Assembly: GCA_965262595.1 (NCBI GenBank)
Contig: OZ253548.1
Coordinates: forward strand, 1,634,228-1,698,227
Source: Dehalococcoidia bacterium
GTDB lineage: Bacteria > Chloroflexota > Dehalococcoidia > Lucifugimonadales > UBA3495
Direction: 5' to 3'
DNA: 64,000 nucleotides
In this document: piece after piece, positions 47,750-57,129 of the stretch
How the letters are laid out: the number at the start of each line of letters is the position of its first letter
How positions within the stretch are numbered: the stretch's first letter is position 1
Position numbers and translations under genes: made by a program
The notes under the pieces: generated by a model
Database searches by the model: none
Told to the model about the DNA's origin: nothing
The model's input: only the letters and a program-made list of their open reading frames with translations

Positions 47750-47787
47750 TTAGCAAAAGAAGGCCCCGTCCTGCATCGGACGGGGCC
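47750..47787 (-). terminator. Rho-independent terminator downstream of the DEAD-box helicase gene
   Basis: On the minus strand, ggccccgtcc-gatgca-ggacggggcc is followed by ttcttttgc. Confidence 0.5.
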
Positions 47788-47962
47788 GACCAATCGCGAG
47801 ATATTGTTACTACTTGACCTCTGCCTTGTCCGGAACTTCCCTTCCGGACGTTGCAAGCCGCTCTGACCGCTTCATTGTCAACACGACATTCCCAATCCCG
47901 GTAGTTGCCCTGAGCCGATTTCGATAGGTTTGGAGAAGTTACCCTTTTACGGCAAGAGCGGG

Positions 47963-49426
47963 CTACTCTACGGCTTCGACGCTTTCTCGACGCAGCTCTG
48001 CCCTGCGGGCTTTACTCCACGACTTGCGGGTCAGCCTTTGACCTAGCCCCCGCTCGATTTCACGCCATTTGCGCTCTTCGTCCGGCGTTATGAACGTTAC
48101 CGCCTCTCCGGAACGGCCCATGCGGCCGGTCCGCCCCACCCGGTGGGTGAAGAGTTGCCCGGAATCCGGCAGGTCAAAGTTGATGACCTGACCGATTCCC
48201 TCAACGTCCAAACCTCGCGCCGCCACGTTGGTGGCTACCAAAATCGGAGCGGCGCCGGAACGGAAATCAATCATCACTCGCTCTCGGGCATTTTGGCTGA
48301 GATTTCCCTGGAGCGCCGCCACCGGATAGCCCAGCAGGTCGAGTTGACTGGCCAGTTTCTTGACGCCGTGCTTGGTCTTGCCAAAAACGAGTATCGGAGC
48401 GCCGTCACGCCGGTCCAACAGCATCCGGAGAGCCTCTATCTTTTCGCTCTTCTGGATGGAATAAACCAGGTGTTCCACCGTGGGCAGAGTCTGCAGGTCT
48501 GCGTCCACTTCCACGCTTACCGGGTTCCGCAGATGTTTCTTGGCGGTTCTCGCCACCCACCCCGGAATGGTCGCCGAAAATAACGCTGTCTGCCGTTGGG
48601 AGGGAGTCTCCCCCAGGATGGAGTCAACATCGGGAGCGAATCCACTATCCAGCATTTCGTCGGCTTCGTCCAAGACCAGAAATCGCACTGATTGCAGGTC
48701 CAGAGTGCCTTGACGCAGATGGTCCAGCGTCCGGCCCGGAGTGCCGACGATAATCTGGGCGCCGCTCTTCAATGCGGTGTACTCCGGCCGCAACGACCGG
48801 CCACCGTACAGCAAGGTAACCCGCAGCCGCTGCGTCGCTACCAGGGCTTCTATTACTCCGGCCACCTGGATGGCCAGTTCGCGGGTGGGCACCAGCACCA
48901 GCGCCTGGGCTTTACGAATTGACGGTTCACACGCTTCGACCAGGGGCGCCGCATAGGCCAGCGTTTTCCCCGACCCGGTGCGCGCCTGCCCAATCAAGTC
49001 CCGACCCGCCAGAAGCTGCGGGATGGACTTTTCCTGAATCGGTGTAGGGTCCGATATGTTCATTCGGGAAATAGCGGCCCTGGTTGCAACCTTAAGGCTC
49101 ATTCCGGGGAAGACGGCATCGACGTCGTGCGGTCCGTCAGCCAAGGCTGCTTTCCCGGTAGCAGCAATTGCCCCATTTACGGGAGCATTGACCGGGGAAG
49201 AAAGGCCGTTGCGACGGGCCTTGAAACACCCGGAGCAGTACACCGGCCGGTCTTGAGATGGTAGGAAAGGAACGGTGGTTAACCCATCGCAATCAGCGCA
49301 AACTGCCTCGTGGAACTGGGGGCGATTCACCTGGGTACGGTTCAATTGGGAGCGATAGGACTGATGGGTACGGTTGGATAAACGGGTAGACGTACGGGGG
49401 CGGGCAACTGGAAATTCAAAAGGCAT
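47963..49426 (-). CDS. DEAD-box RNA helicase with an N-terminal CxxC-x17-CxxC zinc-ribbon
   Basis: Q motif/Walker A AQTGSGKT, DEAD (VLDEADEML), SAT, and HRVGRTGR. N-terminal CADC-17 residues-CSGC. Confidence 0.9.
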   Translation of the reverse strand: MPFEFPVARPRTSTRLSNRTHQSYRSQLNRTQVNRPQFHEAVCADCDGLTTVPFLPSQDRPVYCSGCFKARRNGLSSPVNAPVNGAIAATGKAALADGPHDVDAVFPGMSLKVATRAAISRMNISDPTPIQEKSIPQLLAGRDLIGQARTGSGKTLAYAAPLVEACEPSIRKAQALVLVPTRELAIQVAGVIEALVATQRLRVTLLYGGRSLRPEYTALKSGAQIIVGTPGRTLDHLRQGTLDLQSVRFLVLDEADEMLDSGFAPDVDSILGETPSQRQTALFSATIPGWVARTAKKHLRNPVSVEVDADLQTLPTVEHLVYSIQKSEKIEALRMLLDRRDGAPILVFGKTKHGVKKLASQLDLLGYPVAALQGNLSQNARERVMIDFRSGAAPILVATNVAARGLDVEGIGQVINFDLPDSGQLFTHRVGRTGRMGRSGEAVTFITPDEERKWREIERGLGQRLTRKSWSKARRAELRRESVEAVE

Positions 49427-49640
49427 ACGGAAGCAGACTCCTTAGTCTAAAGCGGTTACACAAGTAATTCAGCGCGGGGCGAAAAGGACTAGCAAATGAG
49501 GGCTGATGGTCCGTTGCTGTGTGAAACCCTGGCGCGCCAATAGAGCGCGACTACTAATTATAACAGATTTAACCCGAGGGCGTATCCTGTTTCAGCCACA
49601 ATTGAGGACGATTATGGCAACTTGGGTGCAATTCACCTTC

Positions 49641-50747
49641 TCAAATTGTGCTCTGAGGTGTCGCTTTCCGGTTGCCTGGAGGCGAAGTCGAGCAAGTTAA
49701 TGAAGTGAACCCAAACCTCCTTAAGGATTTCAGGACTGTTTGAGACCGTTCAGCTTCACTCATGGCTGGCGCCGTCCCCGCGGGCATCCCGGTACGCCTG
49801 CCGGTGTTCTTTCGGTGTTCTTTCAAGGTTTCTGGGGCACTTTGAAGCGTCACCATCGTCTTTAGGAGGCCGAGCATCTTTACGTGAGAGACACCGATCG
49901 ACGTGGCCAGGATTGCATGGCCCTCCGGCGCCAAATGGGCCAGGGTCACCGGTTCCGGTTCCCACCAGAAGGCCAGATCCACCTCAACCGGTTTCCCGTT
50001 CGCCACAAGCGAAAGCCGCCGGCGCGGAGTTCGGCCAATGCGTTCCAGGTTCCAGTCGCGGTGGATATTGCCCTTGCCCAGGTATTCCTTTCTCAGGTCG
50101 TCGCCGCCGTCGCTCATCACCAGGCAGATAATTGCTTGTAATTCTGCGGCAAAACGGTTTTCGGTAGATTCCAGGCTAGCGCCGACTCCCTGCCTCAATG
50201 TCAACGCCCGCCGCGGCACGCTCGGATCAACGCCAACGTAGAGGAAACTGACCCGGCCAACGCCGTATCCTCTCCCTCTCCTTCCAAACTCCACTTCCCG
50301 CAGGCGCATACCCAGTGGGCCACCCTCTATCCCATAAACCGGAAAGCCGATGCGGGCCAGGAGGAGCGATAAATCGGCCTGCCGTCCTGCGTCTTCAAAG
50401 GGCGTACGCCTTCGGGCCAGGCTCCATCTCAATCGAGACAGCAGCCTTTGGGGGAAGTTATCGGTAATCGAGTCGTAGGGAATGGTGCTTTCCAAAGAGT
50501 AATGGGTCCCACACCTTTGACAAAAGCTATTTTCGTCGTCAGTCCATTGGCGTAGATGGAAACTAGAGAAGCGCCCTTTCGGTATCCACTTCAGCCGCCG
50601 CCGCCGCCTTTTAAGGGGATGGTCGCTGACGGGACGCCGCCGGCCCAATTGCCGGCGCAATGATTCGAGCATACGGACCGGGTCATTTGCTAAGTGATCC
50701 GCATGGTCTGCCTCCCAGCGGTACAGCATTGTGGTCCCCATGCCCAA
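49641..50747 (-). CDS. Hypothetical Arg-rich protein
   Basis: Long ORF (TTG track start; ATGs at 50741 and 50729) with no recognisable motif other than a single CxxC. In high-GC DNA, a long ORF alone is weak evidence. Confidence 0.4.
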   Translation of the reverse strand: MGMGTTMLYRWEADHADHLANDPVRMLESLRRQLGRRRPVSDHPLKRRRRRLKWIPKGRFSSFHLRQWTDDENSFCQRCGTHYSLESTIPYDSITDNFPQRLLSRLRWSLARRRTPFEDAGRQADLSLLLARIGFPVYGIEGGPLGMRLREVEFGRRGRGYGVGRVSFLYVGVDPSVPRRALTLRQGVGASLESTENRFAAELQAIICLVMSDGGDDLRKEYLGKGNIHRDWNLERIGRTPRRRLSLVANGKPVEVDLAFWWEPEPVTLAHLAPEGHAILATSIGVSHVKMLGLLKTMVTLQSAPETLKEHRKNTGRRTGMPAGTAPAMSEAERSQTVLKSLRRFGFTSLTCSTSPPGNRKATPQSTI

Positions 50748-50860
50748 CGCCCCGCCGCATCTATGTCAGCGGGTATTTTGCTCCGCGCCAACCGGCTCAT
50801 GCACGTCCTCTCACTCCAAAAGACAACATCTCGCGCCGGAGTCGAACCGCCCCCTGGTCC

Positions 50861-50907
50861 TGCAATCAGAAGAGCCGGCTGTTGGATGAGTTCCAACAGC
50901 CGGCTCT
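50861..50907 (-). terminator. Rho-independent terminator after the LLM oxidoreductase gene
   Basis: 16-bp perfect stem agagccggctgttgga / tccaacagccggctct with a 5-nt loop. On the minus strand it is followed by tctgatt. Confidence 0.6.
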
Positions 50908-50931
50908 ACACTTTAGGGTTTGGGAGCGCGG

Positions 50932-52197
50932 TTAGTCGTCCCCGGCAACCGCCTCGGGGGTTCTCTCTTCAACGGCGTCACTTATGGGCAGGCCGGTCTT
51001 GGTGTCAACCTCAAAGGGACTCTTCAAGTCCAGCTCCTTGGCCATCTCGCGCACCGCCGGAATCACCTCCTGACCCATCAAACGCAGGCTGCGCATCTGG
51101 TCTTCGTGGCTCATCGCGCCGTCGCCGTCCCAGAAGAAGACGCTGCCGGGCCGCAGGTACTCCAGTACGTGGCGAATCTTGGGCAGTATCGTTTTGGGCG
51201 TACCGGAGATGATACTGTAATCCGCAGCCTGTTCCTCGTAGGGGCGGCGGTTGGTGCCAAAGCGGCCCGCCGGACCGAAGGACGTGGCGGATAGCCGCCG
51301 CGAGGTGCGGGAAGTATGTCCCGGCAGGTTCATAATGGCGGGGTTGACCTGGCCCTCATTGCCGGACAGGAAGGGGTTGCTGACGCCGGAAAGGTATTTG
51401 CGGCCCACTTCCTCGGCCTTTTCCTCGGTCTCATCCACGTGGACTTTCCACAGATAGGCTACGTTCTGCGTCCCCGACTTGTGGCCGAACTCGGCGGCGG
51501 TTTCGTGATAAAGCTGGAAAGCCTCCTTGGTTGGCTCCAGCTTGGTGGCCAGCAACACCAGCGGGTAGGCTTTTTCGGCGGTCCACTTCACGGTCTCAAC
51601 GCTAACGGTGGACGGAATCCAGATGGGCGGGTGGGGCTGCTGCAGGGGCCGCGCCCAAGGGTTGACGTAGCGGTAATGGTAGTGCTTACCCTCCCAGCGG
51701 AAGGGGCCGGGAGTAGTCCAGGCCTTGATCAGGAAGTCGTGGGCCTCCTCAAAACGCTCCCGATTGAAGTGGGGCGGAGCGTTGTGGGAGTAGCTCTCCC
51801 GACCGCCGCCTCGGACGAAGCCAGATACCAGGCGACCATGAGAAATCATGTCGATCATGGCAAGTTGTTCCGCCAGCCACAGGGGGTCATCCCAGATGGG
51901 CAAGACGTTGCCCAGGATGATAATCTTGGCCTTGTTGGTGATGCGGGCCAGGATTGACGCGCCGACGTTGGTGACGCCCTGCATACAGAAGGGCGTGCTG
52001 TGATGCTCGTTGAGCATCAGGGCGTCAAATCCCATCTCTTCGGCGTAAACTTTCTCGTCCAGGTAACGGTTGTACAGATGCGCGCCGACGCTGGGATTGT
52101 AGTGCTCGTTACTGATGCTCAGGTCGGTGGACTGAGTTCCCATCAAGCCGGAACTATCGTCCTGCCAGGGTTGTTCCGTAAAATGGCCGATTAGCAT
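50932..52197 (-). CDS. LLM-class flavin-dependent oxidoreductase/monooxygenase
   Basis: ATG 52197 (GAGGTG upstream). FDALMLNEHHSTPF, GRLVSGFVRG, TKLEPT. Confidence 0.85.
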   Translation of the reverse strand: MLIGHFTEQPWQDDSSGLMGTQSTDLSISNEHYNPSVGAHLYNRYLDEKVYAEEMGFDALMLNEHHSTPFCMQGVTNVGASILARITNKAKIIILGNVLPIWDDPLWLAEQLAMIDMISHGRLVSGFVRGGGRESYSHNAPPHFNRERFEEAHDFLIKAWTTPGPFRWEGKHYHYRYVNPWARPLQQPHPPIWIPSTVSVETVKWTAEKAYPLVLLATKLEPTKEAFQLYHETAAEFGHKSGTQNVAYLWKVHVDETEEKAEEVGRKYLSGVSNPFLSGNEGQVNPAIMNLPGHTSRTSRRLSATSFGPAGRFGTNRRPYEEQAADYSIISGTPKTILPKIRHVLEYLRPGSVFFWDGDGAMSHEDQMRSLRLMGQEVIPAVREMAKELDLKSPFEVDTKTGLPISDAVEERTPEAVAGDD

Positions 52198-52244
52198 ATC
52201 AACACCTCAAGGGAAGGTAGCGTTGGGGCCGGGGGATTGCGGGC

Positions 52245-52274
52245 AGTTTAGCATTGGGGGGTGGGGGTTGGCAA
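52245..52274 (-). promoter_or_regulatory. Putative sigma-70-type promoter of the LLM gene
   Basis: On the minus strand: TTGCCA, an 18-nt spacer, then TAAACT, about 45 nt upstream of the ATG. The -35 lies in the motif cccaaccTTGcCAacc, shared with 58328-58343. Confidence 0.3.
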
Positions 52275-52450
52275 GGTTGGGAAAAATTGCATTTCCCTAC
52301 CATTTCCGCTCATTTTCAGCCATTTCCCATTTGCCACTGTGCGGTGGGAGAAGCGCGGGGTTGGAAAGGGTTGTAGGTATTCATAGATATTATGGTAGGC
52401 GGGGGTTATGCGGGTTGGCAAGGGGCGGGGGATTTGGGTAAGGAAAGGGT

Positions 52451-54985
52451 TTACGTCGAGTAAACCCCTTCCAGGCCAACCATAGTTTCGGGAAACTCAT
52501 TCGCGTTGAACACCAGGCGGAAGGTGCCTTTTACCGGCCCGTCCTTGATGGTCATACTTCCGGCGTTAAAGGCGTTTTGCAGTATTTCCAATACCTTCTG
52601 TTTATATTCCGTATCTGAGTAGCCCCGCAGATGTTCCCCTTTAGTTTCAAAGACTAACACATGAGGCTGGACGCCATTTCGTCCTGCCATTGCTACGAAA
52701 TCGGGCCAGATGCGTTCCTGCCGCCAGCCCCGCAGATAATAGTCGCCCCGCTGCCGGACGGCCACCCGGTGCCACCATTTCAACGCCTTCTGTTCGTCCA
52801 GGTACAAAGCGAAGTTGCGTTCCAGGTCGCTGTCAAACTCCCGGTCAAATACCGGTTCAAAGAGGCTTAACTGTAGCTGTTGCCCGTACTTGGTCAGGGG
52901 CGCATCCAGGCGGCGAATATCAATCTCGTAAGATTCCTTCATACGGAAGTTGGGGCGGCCGGCCTGTAAGTCGAAGGAAAGTTCGTTATTCTTGAGTTTA
53001 GCCTGGAAAGCCTGCTGCGCCTGCAAATCAAGAGAAGTGACAACTCCGTCTCGAAGTCGCCAGGCGATGTAGGAACGCCGGTCGTGAATGTCTGCGTCGC
53101 TGCTGCCCGACTGCCGCCACCGATTAACCATTTCCTGGGCCAGCCGTGTAGCCTGCCAGGGATTTGGGACGACGTCGGAAATCCGGCGGGCGAACCAGGA
53201 GATTAAAAGCGTCTTGTCGATAAACAGTTCCTGGTCGGCGTGAAAGATTGTGGGGGTTTCGCCAACATCAACGGTTGCCGTTTGCAGCCGGGCGCGGTCG
53301 GGCATCGTTTCCTGCTGTTCCGGCACTTTCAAGGCGGCCCAATCAATGGCCGGGAGGATGTGTCGTTGGTAATCCAACTCAGTCCATTTCCCGCCGTCCT
53401 GGTGCAGCACCTTCGGCAGGAAGATATTTTCGCCCCGGAACTTCTCGCGCCGGTTTACTGTAATCCGCTCCCAATCGCCCCCTTGTGTGATTACCTCTCC
53501 GCTTAACCCGGTCAAGCCTTCCGATTCCAGACCCTGCTGAACTTGGGTTACCGCCTGACCGACGCCGGTGTTCCAGCAATGGACGTAGCACTGGTCCAGC
53601 CGCGCAACGCCGGTGCGCTGGGCGTAGGGTTGGCGCAGAACCCGCCCGACCAACTGGGTTATGGCGCGCTGGGCGGTGGTGTTGTCCAGCATTACCAACA
53701 GGTAGGCGAAAGAGCAGTCCCAGCCCTCCATCAAGGCGGCCCTGGTTATAATCCAACGCACTTGGGAGAGTTCGGAAAGCAGGTCAAGGCCCGATAACTC
53801 ATCCATTTCGGACGATTTGACCGCCACAGCCTCGGCAGGAACCCCCAGGTTGTTAACCAGGTATTCTCTCACATGCTCAGCATGAACCCGCTCCCCATCC
53901 CGCTGGTCAGCGCCGGTTCGCTCCACCCGAACCACGGCAATGGGCCGGATGTAACGGCCCCCGTTATGCTGCAACGCTTGGGCATCCGCCGCCAACCGTT
54001 CCAGCTCATCGTGGGCTTGGGCCAGGGTGTGCTGCCATTCCGTATTAGTGAAGGAACTGACCTGCACCGGCAGCTTAATCATTTCCTCGGTCTTGAGTTC
54101 GACGCCGGTAATGTCCACCAACAGGTTGCTGATGCCGCCGTTGGGCGTGGCGGATAGTTCAATTACCAGGCTGGGGTCGAGGCGGTTGACGGAACGGACA
54201 AATTCCTGATTGACGCCGGCGGTTTTGGACCCGTAGGCTTTATGGGCTTCGTCCAGCACTACCACCGGGCGGAGCATCTTGAACAGGTTAAAAAGGCTGT
54301 GTCTTACCGGCCCATCGTCCGCAGTCCGTTCCAGGTCCGGGTGTTGTTCCAGCAGCCGGCCATCGCCCAGCAGGTCGTCGCCGTCGGGAAAAAAGGTGGG
54401 ATACCGCCCGGAATCGCGGAACATCCGCAGAAAGTCCCGGCCCTTTTGCCGGTTGGCCGCCGGCAGCATTAACAGCATTACGCACAGGTAGCTGGCAACA
54501 TCGCCGGAGGTGAATTGGTCGTCCTTTTCCAGCAGCTTGAACGTACCGTCTCTGTCTGGTTCCAGCATTTCCCGGTAGGGGTGTTCCCGGTTGCGCAAGG
54601 CCGCTTTGGTCTGTTCATAAATGGCCCGGGTGGGGGTTATCCACAGAACCAACCCGGTCTGCCGGTTCAGCCTTTTCAGGGCGGCGGCGGCCAGCAGCGT
54701 CTTGCCCCCGCCGGTGGGCACCTTGAAACAGACGTGGGCGATGGGCCGCACGGCATCGTCGGTTCGGCTGACGTACTCCCCGGCGTTTTGGGCCACGCCG
54801 CCGGCTTCCTTCAACCGCTGCCAGGCCGTTTTCGGGAAGTTGCGAATATCGTCGGGAACTTCCATACCGACGCCCTGCAACGCCGCTATACCCGTCTCCG
54901 ACTGCTGGCGGGCCTGTTCCAGTGCCTCAAGCCAGCGGGAGAAGGCGTTAAGCGTAGTTTCCTGGTAGTCCTTCAGTTCGAACAT
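52451..54985 (-). CDS. res: Type III restriction endonuclease, Res subunit (SF2 helicase plus C-terminal nuclease)
   Basis: Walker A VPTGGGKTLLAA, DEAH box VVLDEAHKAY, later helicase motifs, and a C-terminal PD-(D/E)xK-like segment WPDFVAM...LVFETKGEHL. Confidence 0.9.
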   Translation of the reverse strand: MFELKDYQETTLNAFSRWLEALEQARQQSETGIAALQGVGMEVPDDIRNFPKTAWQRLKEAGGVAQNAGEYVSRTDDAVRPIAHVCFKVPTGGGKTLLAAAALKRLNRQTGLVLWITPTRAIYEQTKAALRNREHPYREMLEPDRDGTFKLLEKDDQFTSGDVASYLCVMLLMLPAANRQKGRDFLRMFRDSGRYPTFFPDGDDLLGDGRLLEQHPDLERTADDGPVRHSLFNLFKMLRPVVVLDEAHKAYGSKTAGVNQEFVRSVNRLDPSLVIELSATPNGGISNLLVDITGVELKTEEMIKLPVQVSSFTNTEWQHTLAQAHDELERLAADAQALQHNGGRYIRPIAVVRVERTGADQRDGERVHAEHVREYLVNNLGVPAEAVAVKSSEMDELSGLDLLSELSQVRWIITRAALMEGWDCSFAYLLVMLDNTTAQRAITQLVGRVLRQPYAQRTGVARLDQCYVHCWNTGVGQAVTQVQQGLESEGLTGLSGEVITQGGDWERITVNRREKFRGENIFLPKVLHQDGGKWTELDYQRHILPAIDWAALKVPEQQETMPDRARLQTATVDVGETPTIFHADQELFIDKTLLISWFARRISDVVPNPWQATRLAQEMVNRWRQSGSSDADIHDRRSYIAWRLRDGVVTSLDLQAQQAFQAKLKNNELSFDLQAGRPNFRMKESYEIDIRRLDAPLTKYGQQLQLSLFEPVFDREFDSDLERNFALYLDEQKALKWWHRVAVRQRGDYYLRGWRQERIWPDFVAMAGRNGVQPHVLVFETKGEHLRGYSDTEYKQKVLEILQNAFNAGSMTIKDGPVKGTFRLVFNANEFPETMVGLEGVYST

Positions 54986-54996
54986 TCTGTTTCCCG

Positions 54997-55209
54997 TCAG
55001 AGAGTGGCGCAGAACTGTGCCACGGTGAGGCCGGAAGAGCGAATCAGACTGCGCAAGGTTCCTTTTGCTACTGTTGAGTGATCCGGCACGGATAGCGTGG
55101 TTATTTCTCCGGGCTTGGTCATAATTATATGGCTGCTCCGCTGCCGAGCTACATTCCGGCCAAAGCGCTCAAAGTTGCGCACCACTTGCAACCCGCTCAG
55201 TACCGGCAA
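54997..55209 (-). CDS. hicA: HicA-family mRNA-interferase toxin
   Basis: LQVVRNFERFGRNVARQRSSHIIM...VPDHSTVAKGTLRSLIRSSGLTVAQF matches the HicA/YcfA pattern. TTG start 8 nt after the hicB stop. Confidence 0.8.
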   Translation of the reverse strand: MPVLSGLQVVRNFERFGRNVARQRSSHIIMTKPGEITTLSVPDHSTVAKGTLRSLIRSSGLTVAQFCATL

Positions 55210-55217
55210 TGGCGGTA

Positions 55218-55424
55218 TCAGAGCGTGACTTCCACTTGTTGCGTTTCGATGGTCAACGGCAACCCCTGTTCGGCCCTTACTTCCAAGCAGAGGGCGATGG
55301 CCTCCCGGATGTTGGCGATGGCTTCATTCTTGCTTTCCCCTTGGCTGGCACAGCCCGGAATAGCCGGGCATTCGACAACCCAGACGCCATCTTCGTCCCG
55401 GTCTATGGTAACGGTTATCCTCAT
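55218..55424 (-). CDS. hicB: HicB-family antitoxin (short form, no DNA-binding domain)
   Basis: MRITVTIDRDEDGVWVVECPAIPGCASQGESKNEAIANIREAIALCLE is the HicB/UPF0150 N-terminal fold. At 68 aa it has no RHH/HTH extension. Confidence 0.8.
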   Translation of the reverse strand: MRITVTIDRDEDGVWVVECPAIPGCASQGESKNEAIANIREAIALCLEVRAEQGLPLTIETQQVEVTL

Positions 55425-55446
55425 CAGTAATCCTGCCTTATCCCCT

Positions 55447-57069
55447 TCAGATGCGCTGGTGGATTTGGTAGGGCAGTTGGCAAAAGGTTATGCCAAAGCC
55501 GGATAGCTCCCGTTGACCGATGTATTTGCCCGGGGCAAAGACCACCGCCTTTCGCCCTTCCGCTTGGTTGCGTTGGGCGATGCGCTCGGCCCGCTCGGCG
55601 TTGAACATCGCAGCGTGGCTGCCCAGCCATTCCAGGTCGGGCCGGTACAGCAGGTAATAGTCCTGCTCGCCGTTACGGTAAAAGAGGCCGTCATCATCCC
55701 GGGCTGCCAGGTCATCGGCCCCGGCGGAGATGCCGGAGGAAGTATGCAACACGTAGGCAGCCAAGGCCGTGTATTCCGGCAAATGCTCCCCGGTCAGCAA
55801 CCCTTCGGTGTCGATAGGTTCGCCCAAAGTGCAGTAGCTAAAAGAACCGCCCAATCCTTCCTTCAAGGAGGCATCCCGCGCATTCGGTACGCCGTTGATT
55901 ACCCGCCGCACCCGCTCGGCAGTTATGGTGTCGGCGTAGTCCTCACACTCCACCAGGATAAACTTGCGGTTGCCGCCGTCTTCTTTATTCAGGGCAAGGA
56001 CAGCGTGGGCGGTTGTGCCGGACCCGGCGAAGGAATCCAGAACTATCGCATTCGGACTCCGCAGAATCTCCATGAGAAACTTGAGCAACTTTGTTGGCTT
56101 AGGCTGTGAAAAAACTCCGCCTTCTCCAAATATCTCCCGTAGTTGCCGTGTACCTTCAGAATTGAAACCCGCTATCTCTGGCGCAATTATGGCGTCAGGA
56201 GGTTGACCTTCTTGTACTTCGTTCAAGAATCGCTTAGCTCTCGGTTCGTTCACAGAAAAGTCAAGGCGATTGTCGGCCTCCATTTCCCGCAACCGTTCCT
56301 TTGAATAGCTAGGGTATCTACCGCTAGGAGCAGTCCACTCGACACCATTTGCAAACGTAATGGTGTAAGGCTCGTAGTAATTCCGAGCGTGGATTGGATC
56401 AAATTTATACCTACCACGTCCATCATTATCATCGTGGGGATAGTTGCTTGACTTATCTGTGACATACCGAATATATCTTTCTCTGTCCTCTCCAAACCAA
56501 GATTTATCCTTGGCGTAAGCTAAGACATAATCAGCATTTAGGTTAAAATCCTTGCTAGAATTTCGGACCGTGTGCATAGCGCGCCGGGTAAGAACAGCGA
56601 AAAAGTTCTCTTCCCCAAACACCTCATCCATCAGCATCCGCAAGTGGTGCTGTTCGTTGTCGTCAATGGACACGAAAATAACCCCGTCGTCGGCCAGTAG
56701 TTCTTTGAGCAACTGCAAGCGGGGCCACATCATGCACAGCCACTTGTCGTGGCGTTCCAGGTCCTCCCCGTCCACCGGGCTTTGCTCTTTGAGCCACGCC
56801 TTCATTAAGGGGCTGTTCACCTTGTCGTTGTAAACCCAGCCTTCGTTGCCGGTGTTGTAGGGTGGGTCAATGTAGATGCACTTGACCTTGCCGGCGTAGC
56901 GGGGGAGCAGGGCTTTCAGGGCGTGGAGGTTGTCGCCGTGGATGATCAGGTTGTCATCGGCCCCGGCCGGGTTCAGGGACTTGTCGGCATCGGGAACCAG
57001 CGGTCGGTAGGGCACGGTAAGGTGATGGGCGTAGATAAACTGTTTGCCCTTGAAATCCAGCGTGGGCAT
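55447..57069 (-). CDS. mod: Type III R-M DNA methyltransferase, Mod subunit (beta-class N6A/N4C)
   Basis: Motif IV CIYIDPPYNTGNEGW is followed by a variable region, then motif I VLDSFAGSGTTAHA. ATG 57069 has AAGGAG 5 nt upstream (the track starts at GTG 57075). Confidence 0.9.
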   Translation of the reverse strand: MPTLDFKGKQFIYAHHLTVPYRPLVPDADKSLNPAGADDNLIIHGDNLHALKALLPRYAGKVKCIYIDPPYNTGNEGWVYNDKVNSPLMKAWLKEQSPVDGEDLERHDKWLCMMWPRLQLLKELLADDGVIFVSIDDNEQHHLRMLMDEVFGEENFFAVLTRRAMHTVRNSSKDFNLNADYVLAYAKDKSWFGEDRERYIRYVTDKSSNYPHDDNDGRGRYKFDPIHARNYYEPYTITFANGVEWTAPSGRYPSYSKERLREMEADNRLDFSVNEPRAKRFLNEVQEGQPPDAIIAPEIAGFNSEGTRQLREIFGEGGVFSQPKPTKLLKFLMEILRSPNAIVLDSFAGSGTTAHAVLALNKEDGGNRKFILVECEDYADTITAERVRRVINGVPNARDASLKEGLGGSFSYCTLGEPIDTEGLLTGEHLPEYTALAAYVLHTSSGISAGADDLAARDDDGLFYRNGEQDYYLLYRPDLEWLGSHAAMFNAERAERIAQRNQAEGRKAVVFAPGKYIGQRELSGFGITFCQLPYQIHQRI

Positions 57070-57129
57070 AGCCACTCCTTGTGCTTATTAACTGACGGAA
57101 TGATTATAACCGATATTGCAACCCCTCAC

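Noticed and set aside
50790-50930. A tRNA/selC-like signal: GGTTCGACTCC (minus strand), resembling the T-loop of tRNA-Sec, next to a hairpin whose loop contains TCA.
   Set aside because: I could not fold a cloverleaf. The T-stem has a G-G clash, there is no matching acceptor stem, and the hairpin stem is 16 bp (far too long for an anticodon arm). The hairpin followed by a T-rich tail fits a terminator for the LLM gene.
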